DNA of 64,000 bases from an uncultured Microthrixaceae bacterium. GTDB taxonomy: Bacteria > Actinomycetota > Acidimicrobiia > Acidimicrobiales > DATDAH01. Below, piece by piece: positions 1-9,264 of this stretch. A program made the position numbers and the translations under genes. Positions within the stretch are counted from its first letter, which is position 1. Each line of letters opens with the position of its first letter. The notes beneath the pieces were generated by a model. It was not told where the DNA came from. It saw only the letters and a program-made list of their open reading frames with translations, and ran no database searches. Where the stretch lies: NCBI GenBank assembly GCA_963823495.1, contig CAWGLV010000001.1:1452886-1516885 (forward strand), in the 5' to 3' direction.

Positions 1-236
1 AACAGCACCCCGACATCGTCTTCGCCAAGGTCGACACCGAGGCCGAGCAGGCCCTGGCGGGCGCGGCCGGGATCATGTCGATCCCGACCCTGATGGCCTT
101 CCGGGAGAACGTGCTGGTCTTCTCCCAGCCCGGGGCCCTGCCCGCCCAGGCCCTGGAGGAGGTCATCGCCCAGGTCCGGGCCCTCGACATGGCCGAGGTC
201 CACCAGGCCGTGGTGGCCGCCGCCTCGGCCGGCTGA
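1..236 (+). CDS. thioredoxin, C-terminal part (5' end outside window)
   Basis: Frame 3 reads ..VDTEAEQALAGAAGIMSIPTLMAFRENVLVFSQPGALP.., the typical thioredoxin C-terminal half. TGA at 234-236. Confidence 0.7.
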   Translation, partial: QHPDIVFAKVDTEAEQALAGAAGIMSIPTLMAFRENVLVFSQPGALPAQALEEVIAQVRALDMAEVHQAVVAAASAG

Positions 237-254
237 CCAGGCCGGGCCTCGCCG

Positions 255-1649
255 TCAGAACCGGTCGAGGCTCACCCGTTCCCCGGGCCGGGGCACCACC
301 GCCATGAGCCCGGACTCGGCATCGAGGCGGTCGGCGAGGGCCCGGGACGCGGCCTCCTCGCCGTGCACGACGAAGACCTGGTCGGGCGGGCTCGGTGCGC
401 TGCCCATCCAGGCGACCAGGTCGTCCTGGTCGGCGTGGGCCGAGAGGTCGATCTGGACCAACCGGGCCCGCACCCGCCGGTAGCTGCCCAACAGCTTCAC
501 CGCCTTGGCCCCCCGGGCCAGTTGGTCGCCCCGGGTCCCCGGGGCCTGGAAGCCGACGAGCAGGATGGTGTTGCGACTGCTGCCCATGCGCTCGGCCAGG
601 TGGTGCAGCACCCGGCCTCCGGTGGCCATCCCCGACGCGGAGATGACGATGAAGGGACCGCGCCGTTCGTTGATGGCCTTCGATTCCTCCACCGTCGGGG
701 TCTCGCGCAGGTCGAGGTGGGCGAACAGCTGGCGGCCGTGGAGCTCGGGTCGCAGCTCCGGCGAGCGCTCGGCGGCGGCATCCCGATAGGCGTCGAGGGC
801 CCGCAACGCCATCGGGCTGTCGAGGAAGACCGGGAGTCCGGGGATGACCCCGGTCGCGGTCAGCTGGTCGAGGTGCCACAGCACGACCTCGGTGCGGTCC
901 ACGGCGAAGGCAGGGATGAGGACCACGCCTCCCTGGTCGGCGGTCCGGGTCACGACCTCGGTCAGCACGGCATCGGTGTCGTCCTCGGCGTGCCGACGGT
1001 CCCCGTAGGTGGATTCACAGAGGACGACCTCGGCGTCGCCGAGCGGGGCAGGAGGCAGGAGGATGGGATGGGTCGAGCGGCCCAGGTCGCCGCTGAAGGC
1101 CACCCTCCGCTCGCCGCCCCGACCACTGACCCGGAGCGCCAGCGTGGCGGCGCCGAGGATGTGGCCCGCCCGGCGCCAGGAGGCGCGCACGCCCGACACG
1201 ACCTCGACCTCCCGCTCGAAGTCCACCTCCTCGAGCTGCTCGAGGCTTCGGCGGGCCGCAGCCTCGGTGTAGAGGGGCAGGGCCGGGTCGTGGCGGGAGT
1301 AGCCGCGCCGGTTGAGGAACGCCGCTTCCTCCTCCTGGAGGTGCCCACTGTCGGGGAGCACGATGCGGACGAGCCGAGCGGTGCCCGGCGTGCAGCAGAC
1401 CGGGCCCCGAAAGCCACCGTCGACCAAGCGGGGGAGCCAACCGCAGTGGTCCACGTGGGCGTGGGTCAGCAGGACGCTGTCGACCGACGACGGCGCCACC
1501 GGGAACGGGGCCCAGTTGCGTTTCCGCAGCTCCTTGGGTCCCTGGAAGAGGCCACAGTCGACCAGGACCCGCTTCCCCGAGTCGGCCTCGACGAGGAATC
1601 GGCTCCCGGTGACCGTGCGGGTGCCGCCGAGGAAGCGAAGGGTGCTCAC
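255..1649 (-). CDS. MBL-fold metallo-hydrolase, beta-CASP / RNA-specificity-domain type
   Basis: 464-aa ORF with the HAHVDHCG metallo-beta-lactamase motif and a C-terminal ..SAHADQDDL.. beta-CASP-like motif. Confidence 0.8.
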   Translation of the reverse strand: MSTLRFLGGTRTVTGSRFLVEADSGKRVLVDCGLFQGPKELRKRNWAPFPVAPSSVDSVLLTHAHVDHCGWLPRLVDGGFRGPVCCTPGTARLVRIVLPDSGHLQEEEAAFLNRRGYSRHDPALPLYTEAAARRSLEQLEEVDFEREVEVVSGVRASWRRAGHILGAATLALRVSGRGGERRVAFSGDLGRSTHPILLPPAPLGDAEVVLCESTYGDRRHAEDDTDAVLTEVVTRTADQGGVVLIPAFAVDRTEVVLWHLDQLTATGVIPGLPVFLDSPMALRALDAYRDAAAERSPELRPELHGRQLFAHLDLRETPTVEESKAINERRGPFIVISASGMATGGRVLHHLAERMGSSRNTILLVGFQAPGTRGDQLARGAKAVKLLGSYRRVRARLVQIDLSAHADQDDLVAWMGSAPSPPDQVFVVHGEEAASRALADRLDAESGLMAVVPRPGERVSLDRF

Positions 1650-2293
1650 CAGCCCTCGGCCCCGAGAAGGGGCACGAAGGCGACCGGGCCCAGGTCCTCC
1701 TCCGCGAGATCGAGCCCGCGCCGGCGGACCCGAACGAGCTGTTGGGCGCCGTCACGGGCCCCGACGGGCATGACCAGCCGGCCCCGCTCGGCCAACTGGG
1801 CCACCAACGACGGCGGGATCTTCGGACCCGCCGCGGTGACCACGATGGCGTCGTAGGGGGCCAGATCGGGCCACCCGAGGCTGCCGTCGCCCAGGACCAC
1901 GAGCACGTCGTCGGCGCCGGCGGCGGCCAGGTTGGCCGCCGCGATCTCGGCCAGCTCGGGGTGCCGCTCGATGGTCACGACCTGGGCCCCGAGGCCGCGG
2001 AGCACCGCGGCGCCGTAGCCCGACCCGGTGCCGACCTCCAGGACGCGGTCCCCGGGGCGGACCTCGGCGCCCTCGGCCATGGCCGCGACGATGTAGGGCT
2101 GGGAGATGGTCTGGCCGGCGGCGATGGGCAGGGCCGAGTCGTCGTAGGCGTGTTCGGCCAACGCCGGCGGAACGAAGTGCTCACGGCACACCTGGCCCAT
2201 GACCGCCAGGACCGCAGGGTCCCGGATGCCCCGTCGCGCCAAGTCCGCTTCGACCATTCGGGCCCGTCGTCGGGCTGGGTCGCCGCGGTTCAC
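1646..2293 (-). CDS. pcm: protein-L-isoaspartate O-methyltransferase
   Basis: GQTISQPYIVA and VLEVGTGSGYGAAVL SAM-binding motifs. 4-nt overlap with the downstream gene. The start may be the internal MVEADL. Confidence 0.85.
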   Translation of the reverse strand: MNRGDPARRRARMVEADLARRGIRDPAVLAVMGQVCREHFVPPALAEHAYDDSALPIAAGQTISQPYIVAAMAEGAEVRPGDRVLEVGTGSGYGAAVLRGLGAQVVTIERHPELAEIAAANLAAAGADDVLVVLGDGSLGWPDLAPYDAIVVTAAGPKIPPSLVAQLAERGRLVMPVGARDGAQQLVRVRRRGLDLAEEDLGPVAFVPLLGAEGW

Positions 2294-3678
2294 ATCCGGT
2301 CCCGCAGCTCGTAGAGCTCGGTCACCCCGGCCTCGATGCCGTCGGCCAACACGTCGATGTCGGGCGCCGAGTCGCGGTCACCGGTGATCCCGAAGTAGAG
2401 CTCGCCGTCATAGGACAGGATGGCAACGGCGAAGCGGATGCCGAAGGCCACCGGTACGTAGGGGTAGTAGGCGGTCATCCGCCGTCCGGCGGCGAACAGG
2501 GGCACCTGCGGGCCGGGGACGTTGGTGGTCACGGTGTTGATGTTGCGCTGGGGGTGGCGGCGGAGCACGGCGGCGGCCACCCGGCTGCCGTAGGCCATGA
2601 GCGGCGCGGGCACCAGCTCGGCCAGGGAGGTCACGTTCTCGGCGACCTCGGCCTCGTGGGACAACTTCAGCCACCGGCTCTCGCTGCGGATCGCCTCGTA
2701 GCGCAACTCGGGAACCGAGATCTCCACCGGGAGGTCGGCCACCAGGGCCGACACCTCGTTGTCGAGTCGGTCCGCGTGGGTGCGCACCGACACGGGGACC
2801 AGGGTGCGGATCTCGATCGCCTGTGGATCCTCGCCCCGGGCCAGCAGCAGCTCCCGGAAGCCCCGGGTCACCGCCGTGAGGATGACGTCGTTGACCGTGC
2901 CGCCCCGCTCGGCCCGGATGGCCTTCGCCTCGGCGAGGGGGACGTGAACCCCGCGCCAGCAGCGCTGAGGGCCGATGGTCCCGTCGACGGAGGTGAGGGG
3001 CGTGGGTCGTGCCTCACCCAGCCAGGAGCTGACACCCGAGGCGAACGTCCGCATCGCGCCGAGGGTCTCCATCGGCCGGGTGAGCGCCCCGACCACCTGG
3101 GTCGACCACCGGACCATGGTCCCCAGGAGGTCACCCACCGCATCGGCCACCAGGCGCGTCTCGGAGGCCGCCGGGGCGGCGGCCCACGGTGGGGTCGGAC
3201 CATCGCGCGGCGGGTCCGGGGTCAGGTCGAGGATCTCCTCCATCAGGCCGACTCCGGCCACGCCGTCGACCATGCAGTGGTGGACCTTGGCCAAGAGGGC
3301 CCATTCGCCATCGGGGAGGCCGTCGACGAGCCACATCTCCCAGAGAGGGCGTCGGCGTTCCAGCTCGGTGCTCATGACCTCGGCCATCAGCTCCTGGAGC
3401 GTGGTCTCCTCGGGGGTGTCCAGGGTGCTGTGGAAGAGGTGCTGACCGAGGTCGAAGCCCGGGTCGTCCTCCCAGACGGGCCGACCCAACTGGAACGGGA
3501 GGGCGTGCACGCGTTGGCGGTAGCGGGGGATGCGGTCGAGGCACCGCGCCATGCTGTCGTAGAACTCCTCCTCGGTCGGCGGGGGACCCTCGAAGTGCGC
3601 ACAGGCGCCGATGTGCAGGTGGTTGACGCCGTCCTCGAAGTGGAGGAACTCGGCGTCCAACGCGCTCATCTGATCCAC
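2290..3678 (-). CDS. wax ester synthase / diacylglycerol acyltransferase (WS/DGAT) family
   Basis: 462 aa with the HHCMVDGVAG (HHxxxDG) catalytic motif and the N-terminal MSALDAEFLH typical of the family. Confidence 0.85.
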   Translation of the reverse strand: MDQMSALDAEFLHFEDGVNHLHIGACAHFEGPPPTEEEFYDSMARCLDRIPRYRQRVHALPFQLGRPVWEDDPGFDLGQHLFHSTLDTPEETTLQELMAEVMSTELERRRPLWEMWLVDGLPDGEWALLAKVHHCMVDGVAGVGLMEEILDLTPDPPRDGPTPPWAAAPAASETRLVADAVGDLLGTMVRWSTQVVGALTRPMETLGAMRTFASGVSSWLGEARPTPLTSVDGTIGPQRCWRGVHVPLAEAKAIRAERGGTVNDVILTAVTRGFRELLLARGEDPQAIEIRTLVPVSVRTHADRLDNEVSALVADLPVEISVPELRYEAIRSESRWLKLSHEAEVAENVTSLAELVPAPLMAYGSRVAAAVLRRHPQRNINTVTTNVPGPQVPLFAAGRRMTAYYPYVPVAFGIRFAVAILSYDGELYFGITGDRDSAPDIDVLADGIEAGVTELYELRDRM

Positions 3679-3707
3679 GACGTCCTCCTCCTCGGGCCGT
3701 CGGCCCC

Positions 3708-4061
3708 TCAGACCGCCTGGACCGGGCGGACCGGTCGACCGTGGGGCGGGCAGGCACCGGTCAGCAGGTCCTCCAGCAGGGCCGGGGCATCCACCCCGGC
3801 GGTGTTGCGGTAGCCCACCAGCAGGACCTCGGTGACCGGCAGGTCGCCGCCGCCCACCGGGATGAGCCGCAGGTTCCCGTCGATCACGACCGCATCGCCA
3901 CAGGACCAGGCGACCGGTACCAGGGCCATCGAGTCGTGGAGCCTGGTCGGGGTTCCCAGGCGGGCCGACGGGCCGGCGCCCATCGGGCGGTGGAGTTGGA
4001 GGGCGTCGAGCACCTGGGCGGGTGTCATGTTCACGTAGCGGCTGACATAGACATCAGGCAT
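3708..4061 (-). CDS. hypothetical protein (117 aa)
   Basis: Only the C-terminal third of the 408-aa track ORF has protein-like composition (MPDVYVSRYVNMTPAQVLDAL..). It is divergent from the DUF2786 gene. No family recognised. Confidence 0.45.
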   Translation of the reverse strand: MPDVYVSRYVNMTPAQVLDALQLHRPMGAGPSARLGTPTRLHDSMALVPVAWSCGDAVVIDGNLRLIPVGGGDLPVTEVLLVGYRNTAGVDAPALLEDLLTGACPPHGRPVRPVQAV

Positions 4062-4205
4062 CGCAATCGCCTCCTGGTCCACGATGCGCCCGGGCCGATC
4101 CCCGGCCCAGGGCCGAAGGTCCCGGCGTGGTCGTCGGGCGGAGCCGTCGAGGGTCAGCAGGGCGCGCAGGCGATGAGTGTCACCCCCTGGCAGTAGACAG
4201 GGCTC

Positions 4206-4946
4206 ATGGCCCAGGACACCCGGCGACCGCACCCCGACCAGGTCCCTGCGGACCTCCTGGCCCGGATCCGGGCCCTGCTGGCCAAGGCCGAGTCCTCGAC
4301 CTTCGAAGCCGAGGCCGAGGCGTTCACGGCCAAGGCCCAGGAGCTGATGGCCCGCCACCGTGTCGACCGGGCGGTCCTCGCGGAGGAGGCGCCGGAGCGC
4401 TTGGCCGAAGGCGTCGTGGCGCGACGGATGACGGTCGACGACCCCTACGCCACGGCCAAGTTCCACCTCCTGGCGGGGCTGGCCGACGTGAACGGGGCCC
4501 GCGCCGTGTGGTCGCGGTCGGCGGCGGAGGCGACCGTCTTCGGCTTCCCGGTGGAGCTCGACGTGATCGAGGAGCTCTTCACCTCGCTGCTCGTGCAGGC
4601 GACGGCCGCCATGCAGCGGGAGGGCTCGAAGCAGGACGCCTACGGTCGGAACCGGACCCGCGCCTTCCGGCGCTCCTTCCTCCTGGCCTTCGCCGACCGG
4701 ATCGCCCGCCGCCTCCAGGAGTCGGTGGACCGGGTGGTGGACGAAGCGGGCGCCGAGGCGGGTACGGACCTGGTTCCGCTGCTGGCCGCCCGGGAGGAGG
4801 CGGTGGCGGTGAAGTTGCGGGAGACGTTCCCGAAGCTGGGCACGATGCGGACCTCGGTCGGTGACGCCGAGGGGCTCTTCGCCGGCCGGATCGCCGCCGA
4901 CCAGGCCGACCTGAGCGCCGGCCCCCGCCTCCACCGCTCCGCCTGA
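4206..4946 (+). CDS. DUF2786 domain-containing protein
   Basis: N-terminal LLARIRALLAKAESSTFEAEAEAFTAKAQELMARH is the characteristic DUF2786 helix pair. Confidence 0.7.
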   Translation: MAQDTRRPHPDQVPADLLARIRALLAKAESSTFEAEAEAFTAKAQELMARHRVDRAVLAEEAPERLAEGVVARRMTVDDPYATAKFHLLAGLADVNGARAVWSRSAAEATVFGFPVELDVIEELFTSLLVQATAAMQREGSKQDAYGRNRTRAFRRSFLLAFADRIARRLQESVDRVVDEAGAEAGTDLVPLLAAREEAVAVKLRETFPKLGTMRTSVGDAEGLFAGRIAADQADLSAGPRLHRSA

Positions 4947-4981
4947 ACCCGGTCGAGGGCCGTTGGGCCCTGGAAGGACGG

Positions 4982-5818
4982 GTGAGGGTTGGGCAGGCTG
5001 ACCCGATGGGCTTCGTCCGCCGTCACTGGCTCCTGTCAGGAGCCATCGCGCTCGTCGTGGTCGTGCTGGCGGGCGTGGTCGTCGCCGTGTTGTCGGTGGA
5101 CGGCCCCGGCCCGGCCTCGGTGGACGACGCCCTCGGGCGCTTCCGGGAGAACGGCGTTGACGATGGGCCCGCGCCGGCCAGGGGGCGGCCTCCCGAGGGC
5201 GTCTACCTCTACTCGGGCGAGGGAGTGGCCCGCCTGTCCTTTCCGCCTCTGACCCAGCGGGACGGCGACGAGATGCCGGCCACGGTGAGCCACCGTCCCC
5301 GGGGCTGCTGGGTGTTCCGGGTCGACTTCAACGCGAACCACTGGCAGGAGTGGACCCTTTGTCGGGTCGGCGACGGCGTGGTCGAGACCGGCGGCCGCAA
5401 CGGCCAGGAGTGGGACCTCGGGGTCAGCAGCGTGGGCAACGTGAGCCGGTTCCGCTGCCGGCCGCCGAACCCCGTCCTCGTACCCGAGGCCGAGCCGGGC
5501 GCCGTCGTCGAGCAGACGTGTGCGGGGACCAACAGCGCCGTGTCGGGCCAGACGACCAGCGCGGGACCGTCGGTGTTCGTCGGCGTCGAGACCCTGACCA
5601 TCGGGGACGCTCAGGTCGAGACACTGCACGTGCGGGGGGAACGCACCCTGACCGGTGGCCAGGAGGGCGACGGGCGCACCGACGCGTGGTTCCGCCCGGA
5701 CGGCCTCCTCGTGCGCTACGAGCGGGACATCGAGGTCCGGAGCGATTCGCCCATCGGGGTCATCACCTACACCGAGGCCGGGGACCTGCAGCTCACCGAC
5801 CTGCGGCCCCGGACCTGA
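4982..5818 (+). CDS. membrane-anchored hypothetical protein
   Basis: N-terminal TM segment LLSGAIALVVVVLAGVVVAVLSV followed by a Cys-containing extracytoplasmic domain. GGAAGGA lies before a GTG at 4982; an alternative ATG is at 5006. Confidence 0.6.
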   Translation: MRVGQADPMGFVRRHWLLSGAIALVVVVLAGVVVAVLSVDGPGPASVDDALGRFRENGVDDGPAPARGRPPEGVYLYSGEGVARLSFPPLTQRDGDEMPATVSHRPRGCWVFRVDFNANHWQEWTLCRVGDGVVETGGRNGQEWDLGVSSVGNVSRFRCRPPNPVLVPEAEPGAVVEQTCAGTNSAVSGQTTSAGPSVFVGVETLTIGDAQVETLHVRGERTLTGGQEGDGRTDAWFRPDGLLVRYERDIEVRSDSPIGVITYTEAGDLQLTDLRPRT

Positions 5819-6035
5819 CCACCCCGATCGCGGCCGCTCCACCCTGCGATGGTGGGCGACACTGCGGAGACCAGGCGCCTCTCGGAGGCCATCACCCGTC
5901 TGCTGCCCGAGCTCGAAGCAGCACCCGGGTGGCGGGCCGGCTGGCCCTGTGACCCCGTTTCATCAACGGCCGCACCACCGAGGCCGACGTCGACGGCCTG
6001 GCCGAAGGGTGCTGCGCATCGGCGCGACCCTCGGC

Positions 6036-6395
6036 TCAGCGGCCTGAGCCCCCGAGGCCGGAGTCAGGGCCGAAGGGAGCTCCGCCGTCGTGCCAGCGCC
6101 GGAGGGCGTCGAAGGGGTAGATGCCGGTCGCGTGGCCGTCGTTCCAGGTCACCGCCAGGCCCCAGCCTCCGTGCAGGCCGGCCGCGTTGACGGTCAGCGG
6201 TTCCGGGCTGCCCGGGCGTGGCCAGGTCGGCTGACCCCGGTCACGGAGCGCGCGGCAGGTCGCGCACGGACAGCTCTGGCGCAGGTCGACGAGGTCGAAG
6301 CGAGCGACCACGCCGTCCCGGAACTCGATGGTGACGGCCTCGTCCCGGTCGACGTCGATGGTCGCGGGCTCGTGGCGGTCGTCGCGCTGGGTCAA
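6036..6395 (-). CDS. DUF971 (gamma-butyrobetaine hydroxylase-like N-terminal) domain protein
   Basis: VTIEFRDGVVARFDLVDLRQSCPCATC.. plus the ..WNDGHATGIYPFDALR pattern of DUF971. Apparent TTG start overlaps the FKBP stop. Confidence 0.65.
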   Translation of the reverse strand: MTQRDDRHEPATIDVDRDEAVTIEFRDGVVARFDLVDLRQSCPCATCRALRDRGQPTWPRPGSPEPLTVNAAGLHGGWGLAVTWNDGHATGIYPFDALRRWHDGGAPFGPDSGLGGSGR

Positions 6396-6772
6396 CTGAC
6401 TCCGAGGAGGTCGACGACGAAGACGAGGGTCTCGCCGCCCTTGATGACGCCACCCGCGCCCTTCTTGCCGTAACCGAGGTGGGGCGGGATGGTGATCTTG
6501 CGCCGGCCGCCGACCCTCATGCCGGCCACACCCTGGTCCCAGCCCTTGATGACCTGGCCCTGACCCAGGCCGAACCGGAAGGTGTCACCCCGGTCCCACG
6601 AGGCGTCGAACTGCTGGCGGGTGCTCCACGCCACCCCGACGTAGTGGACCTCGACCTCCTGGCCCGTGGCGGCCTCGTCGCCGGCGCCCTCCTCGAGCTC
6701 CTCGATCGCCAGTTCGGCGGGCGGGGCCTCGCCGGGCGGCACGTACACGTGGGGCTTCTCGTTCTCGGCCAT
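6392..6772 (-). CDS. FKBP-type peptidyl-prolyl cis-trans isomerase
   Basis: FRFGLGQGQVIKGWDQGVAGMRVGGRRKITIPPHLGYG..GGVIKGGETLVFVVDLLGV is the canonical FKBP core. Start placed at MAENEK (6772). Confidence 0.85.
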   Translation of the reverse strand: MAENEKPHVYVPPGEAPPAELAIEELEEGAGDEAATGQEVEVHYVGVAWSTRQQFDASWDRGDTFRFGLGQGQVIKGWDQGVAGMRVGGRRKITIPPHLGYGKKGAGGVIKGGETLVFVVDLLGVS

Positions 6773-6813
6773 GGCCCGGACCGTATCGGCCCACCCCTGC
6801 GTCCCCCGGCCCC

Positions 6814-6937
6814 GTCGTTCTGGTTGGGGGATGTGCGGGTGGGGCGGCATGTTTCGTCACCGGAAGGGGGGCGGGGTCGTTCTGGTTACGGGATGTGCGG
6901 GTGGGGCGGCAGTTCTTGTCACCGGAAGGGGGTTCGG
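6814..6937. repeat. 2 x 62-bp intergenic tandem direct repeat (G-rich on + strand)
   Basis: GTCGTTCTGGTT..GGATGTGCGGGTGGGGCGGCA..GTCACCGGAAGGGGG occurs at 6814-6875 and 6876-6937, roughly 80% identical by eye. It fills the gap between the dehalogenase-like stop and the FKBP start. Confidence 0.85.
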
Positions 6938-6938
6938 T

Positions 6939-7400
6939 TCAGGGGGTGGCGGCGATGAGGTCGATGGTGGCTCGGGCCAACTCGGGACCGAGGTCCTCCT
7001 GGAGGAAGTGGGAGGCGTCCTCGAAGGTCTGGTGGTCGAGGCCGGCGGCTCCGGGGATCCGGTCCCGGAACTCGGGCTGTTGGTTGCCGAGGACCGGGTC
7101 GTTCGGGGCCCAGAGGGTGAGGGCGGGCTTGGTCCACTGGTCGAGGACCCCCCAGGCCGCCTGGTTGGCGGGTGCGACGGCCCGCAGGCCGGCGCCGCCG
7201 AGGACGGGGAGCATGTGGCGGTACAGGTATGACCAGGTCGGCTCGCCGTGCAGGCAGAGCACGACCGGCCCGTCGGCGGGACCGTCCTCGACATAGGCCA
7301 TGCGCATCCCGTCGACCTCGACATGGCGAGGCTCGTACAGGAAGTCCGGAAGGTCGGCAAGACGCTCGTCAGGCGTCCGCAGCACCGCCCGGTCCGTCAC
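6939..7400 (-). CDS. haloalkane dehalogenase-like alpha/beta hydrolase with large in-frame internal deletion (probably non-functional)
   Basis: N-terminus (LCLHGEPTWSYLYRHMLPVL..RAVAP) and C-terminus (..LWAPNDPVLG..DASHFLQEDLG) match DhlA-type enzymes. Only 153 aa remain; the nucleophile-elbow and cap regions are absent. Confidence 0.6.
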   Translation of the reverse strand: MTDRAVLRTPDERLADLPDFLYEPRHVEVDGMRMAYVEDGPADGPVVLCLHGEPTWSYLYRHMLPVLGGAGLRAVAPANQAAWGVLDQWTKPALTLWAPNDPVLGNQQPEFRDRIPGAAGLDHQTFEDASHFLQEDLGPELARATIDLIAATP

Positions 7401-7431
7401 CCTGCCAGCGTAGGTCCAGAGCAGTGGGGGG

Positions 7432-9264
7432 TCAGGCGGAGCGGTCGGCCTTGAGCTGCTTGCGGGCCCGGGCCCGGGTGGCGGCGTCGAGGTCGACCTT
7501 GCGGAGGCGCAGGCTCCGGGGGGTCACCTCGACGGCCTCGTCGGCGGCGATGAACTCCAGGGCGTGCTCCAGGGACAGGACCCGGGGCGGCACCAGCTTG
7601 ACCGTGTTGTCCGAACCGGCCGCCCGGACGTTGGTCTGCTTCTTCTCGCGCACGATGTTGATGTCCATGTCCTCCGTGCGGCTGTTCTCACCGACGATCA
7701 TGCCTTCATAGACCGGCTCGGTGGGGGCCACGAACAGGCTGGCCCGCTCCTGGATCGACTCGATGGCGTAGGGGGTGGCCTTGCCCGAGCGGTCCGAAAC
7801 GATGCTCCCGGTGACCCGGTTGCGCAGCTCGCCCTTCCAGGGCTCGTAGCGCTCGAAGACGTGGTGGGCCAGTCCCGTGCCCCGCGTCTCGGTCAGGAAG
7901 GCGGTGCGGAACCCGATCAGGCCTCGGGCGGGGATCAGGTAGTCCAGGCGGACCCAACCGGTGCCGTGATTGACCATCTCGGTCATGTCGCCCCGACGGG
8001 TGCCCATCATCTGGGTGACGGCGCCGACGTGCTCTTCGGGGATGTCCACCGTCAGGCGCTCGACGGGCTCGTGCAGGACGCCGTCCACCTCCCGGGTCAC
8101 CACCTCGGGCTTGCCGACGGTGAGCTCGAAGCCCTCCCGTCGCATGATCTCGACCAGGACGGCGAGGGCCAGCTCGCCCCGGCCCTGGACCTCCCAGGTG
8201 TCGGGGCGTTCGGTGTCCAGCACCCGCAGGGAGACGTTGCCGATGAGCTCGGCGTCCAGCCGGTTCTTGAGCAGGCGGGCGGTGACCTTGTTGCCCTCCT
8301 TGCCGGCCAGCGGCGAGGTGTTGGTGCCGATGGTCACCGACAGGCTCGGCTCGTCGACGGTGAGCACCGGCAGCGCGTCGGGATGGCCTTGGTCACAGAG
8401 GGTCTCGCCGATGGTCACCTCGGGCAGGCCCGAGAGGGCGATGAGCTCGCCAGGTCCGGCTTCCTCGACCGGCACCCGGTCGAGCTGCTCGGTGACGTAG
8501 AGCTCGGCGATCTTGGCGTTCGCCACCGAGCCGTCCCGCCGGCACCAGGCCAGGGTCTGGCCCTTGCGCATCGTGCCCCGGTGGATCCGGCAGAGGGCCA
8601 GGCGGCCGACGTAGGGGTCGGCGTCGAGGTTGGTGACATGGGCCTGCAGCGGGCCGTCGGCATCGGTGGCAGGCGGCGGGATCGAGTCCAGCAGGACCTC
8701 GAAGAGGGGCTTGAGGTCGACGCCGGGAGTGTGCATGTCCAAAGAGGCCCAGCCGTCCCGGGCCGAGGCATAGACGACCGGGAAGTCCAACTGGTCGTCG
8801 TGGGCGTCGAGGTCGATGAGCAGGTCGAGGACCTCGTCGGCGATCTCCGCGGTGCGGGCGTCGGGGCGGTCCACCTTGTTGATCACCAGGACCATCGGCA
8901 GGTTCAGGGCCAGCGCCTTTCGCAGGACGAACCGGGTCTGGGGGAGGGGGCCCTCGGCGGCGTCGACGAGCAGCACGACGCCGTCGACCATGGCCAGGGC
9001 CCGCTCGACCTCGCCGCCGAAGTCGGCATGGCCGGGTGTGTCGACGATGTTCAGCTTGGTCCCGCCCCACTCCACCGAGGTGTTCTTGGCGAGGATCGTG
9101 ATGCCCTTCTCGCGCTCGAGGTCCATGGAGTCCATGATCCGCTCGTCGACGTTCTCGTTGGCCCGGAAGGCCCCGGTCTGCCAGAGCATGGCGTCGACCA
9201 GCGTGGTCTTTCCGTGGTCGACGTGGGCGATGATGGCGACATTGCGCAGGGGGCGCGCGGACAT
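7432..9264 (-). CDS. typA: translational GTPase TypA/BipA
   Basis: 610 aa with RNVAIIAHVDHGKTTLVD, DTPGHADFGGEV and NKVDR G-motifs. Full-length BipA-like architecture. Confidence 0.95.
   Translation of the reverse strand: MSARPLRNVAIIAHVDHGKTTLVDAMLWQTGAFRANENVDERIMDSMDLEREKGITILAKNTSVEWGGTKLNIVDTPGHADFGGEVERALAMVDGVVLLVDAAEGPLPQTRFVLRKALALNLPMVLVINKVDRPDARTAEIADEVLDLLIDLDAHDDQLDFPVVYASARDGWASLDMHTPGVDLKPLFEVLLDSIPPPATDADGPLQAHVTNLDADPYVGRLALCRIHRGTMRKGQTLAWCRRDGSVANAKIAELYVTEQLDRVPVEEAGPGELIALSGLPEVTIGETLCDQGHPDALPVLTVDEPSLSVTIGTNTSPLAGKEGNKVTARLLKNRLDAELIGNVSLRVLDTERPDTWEVQGRGELALAVLVEIMRREGFELTVGKPEVVTREVDGVLHEPVERLTVDIPEEHVGAVTQMMGTRRGDMTEMVNHGTGWVRLDYLIPARGLIGFRTAFLTETRGTGLAHHVFERYEPWKGELRNRVTGSIVSDRSGKATPYAIESIQERASLFVAPTEPVYEGMIVGENSRTEDMDINIVREKKQTNVRAAGSDNTVKLVPPRVLSLEHALEFIAADEAVEVTPRSLRLRKVDLDAATRARARKQLKADRSA

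Noticed and set aside
5849-6035. Possible gene remnant in the 217-bp gap after the membrane-anchored protein. Protein-like stretches ..LSEAITRLLPELEAA.. and ..RFINGRTTEADVDGLAEG.. appear in two frames.
   Set aside because: The stretches are under 20 aa each, lie in different frames and are interrupted by stops. I cannot assign any family, so the evidence for a pseudogene is insufficient.
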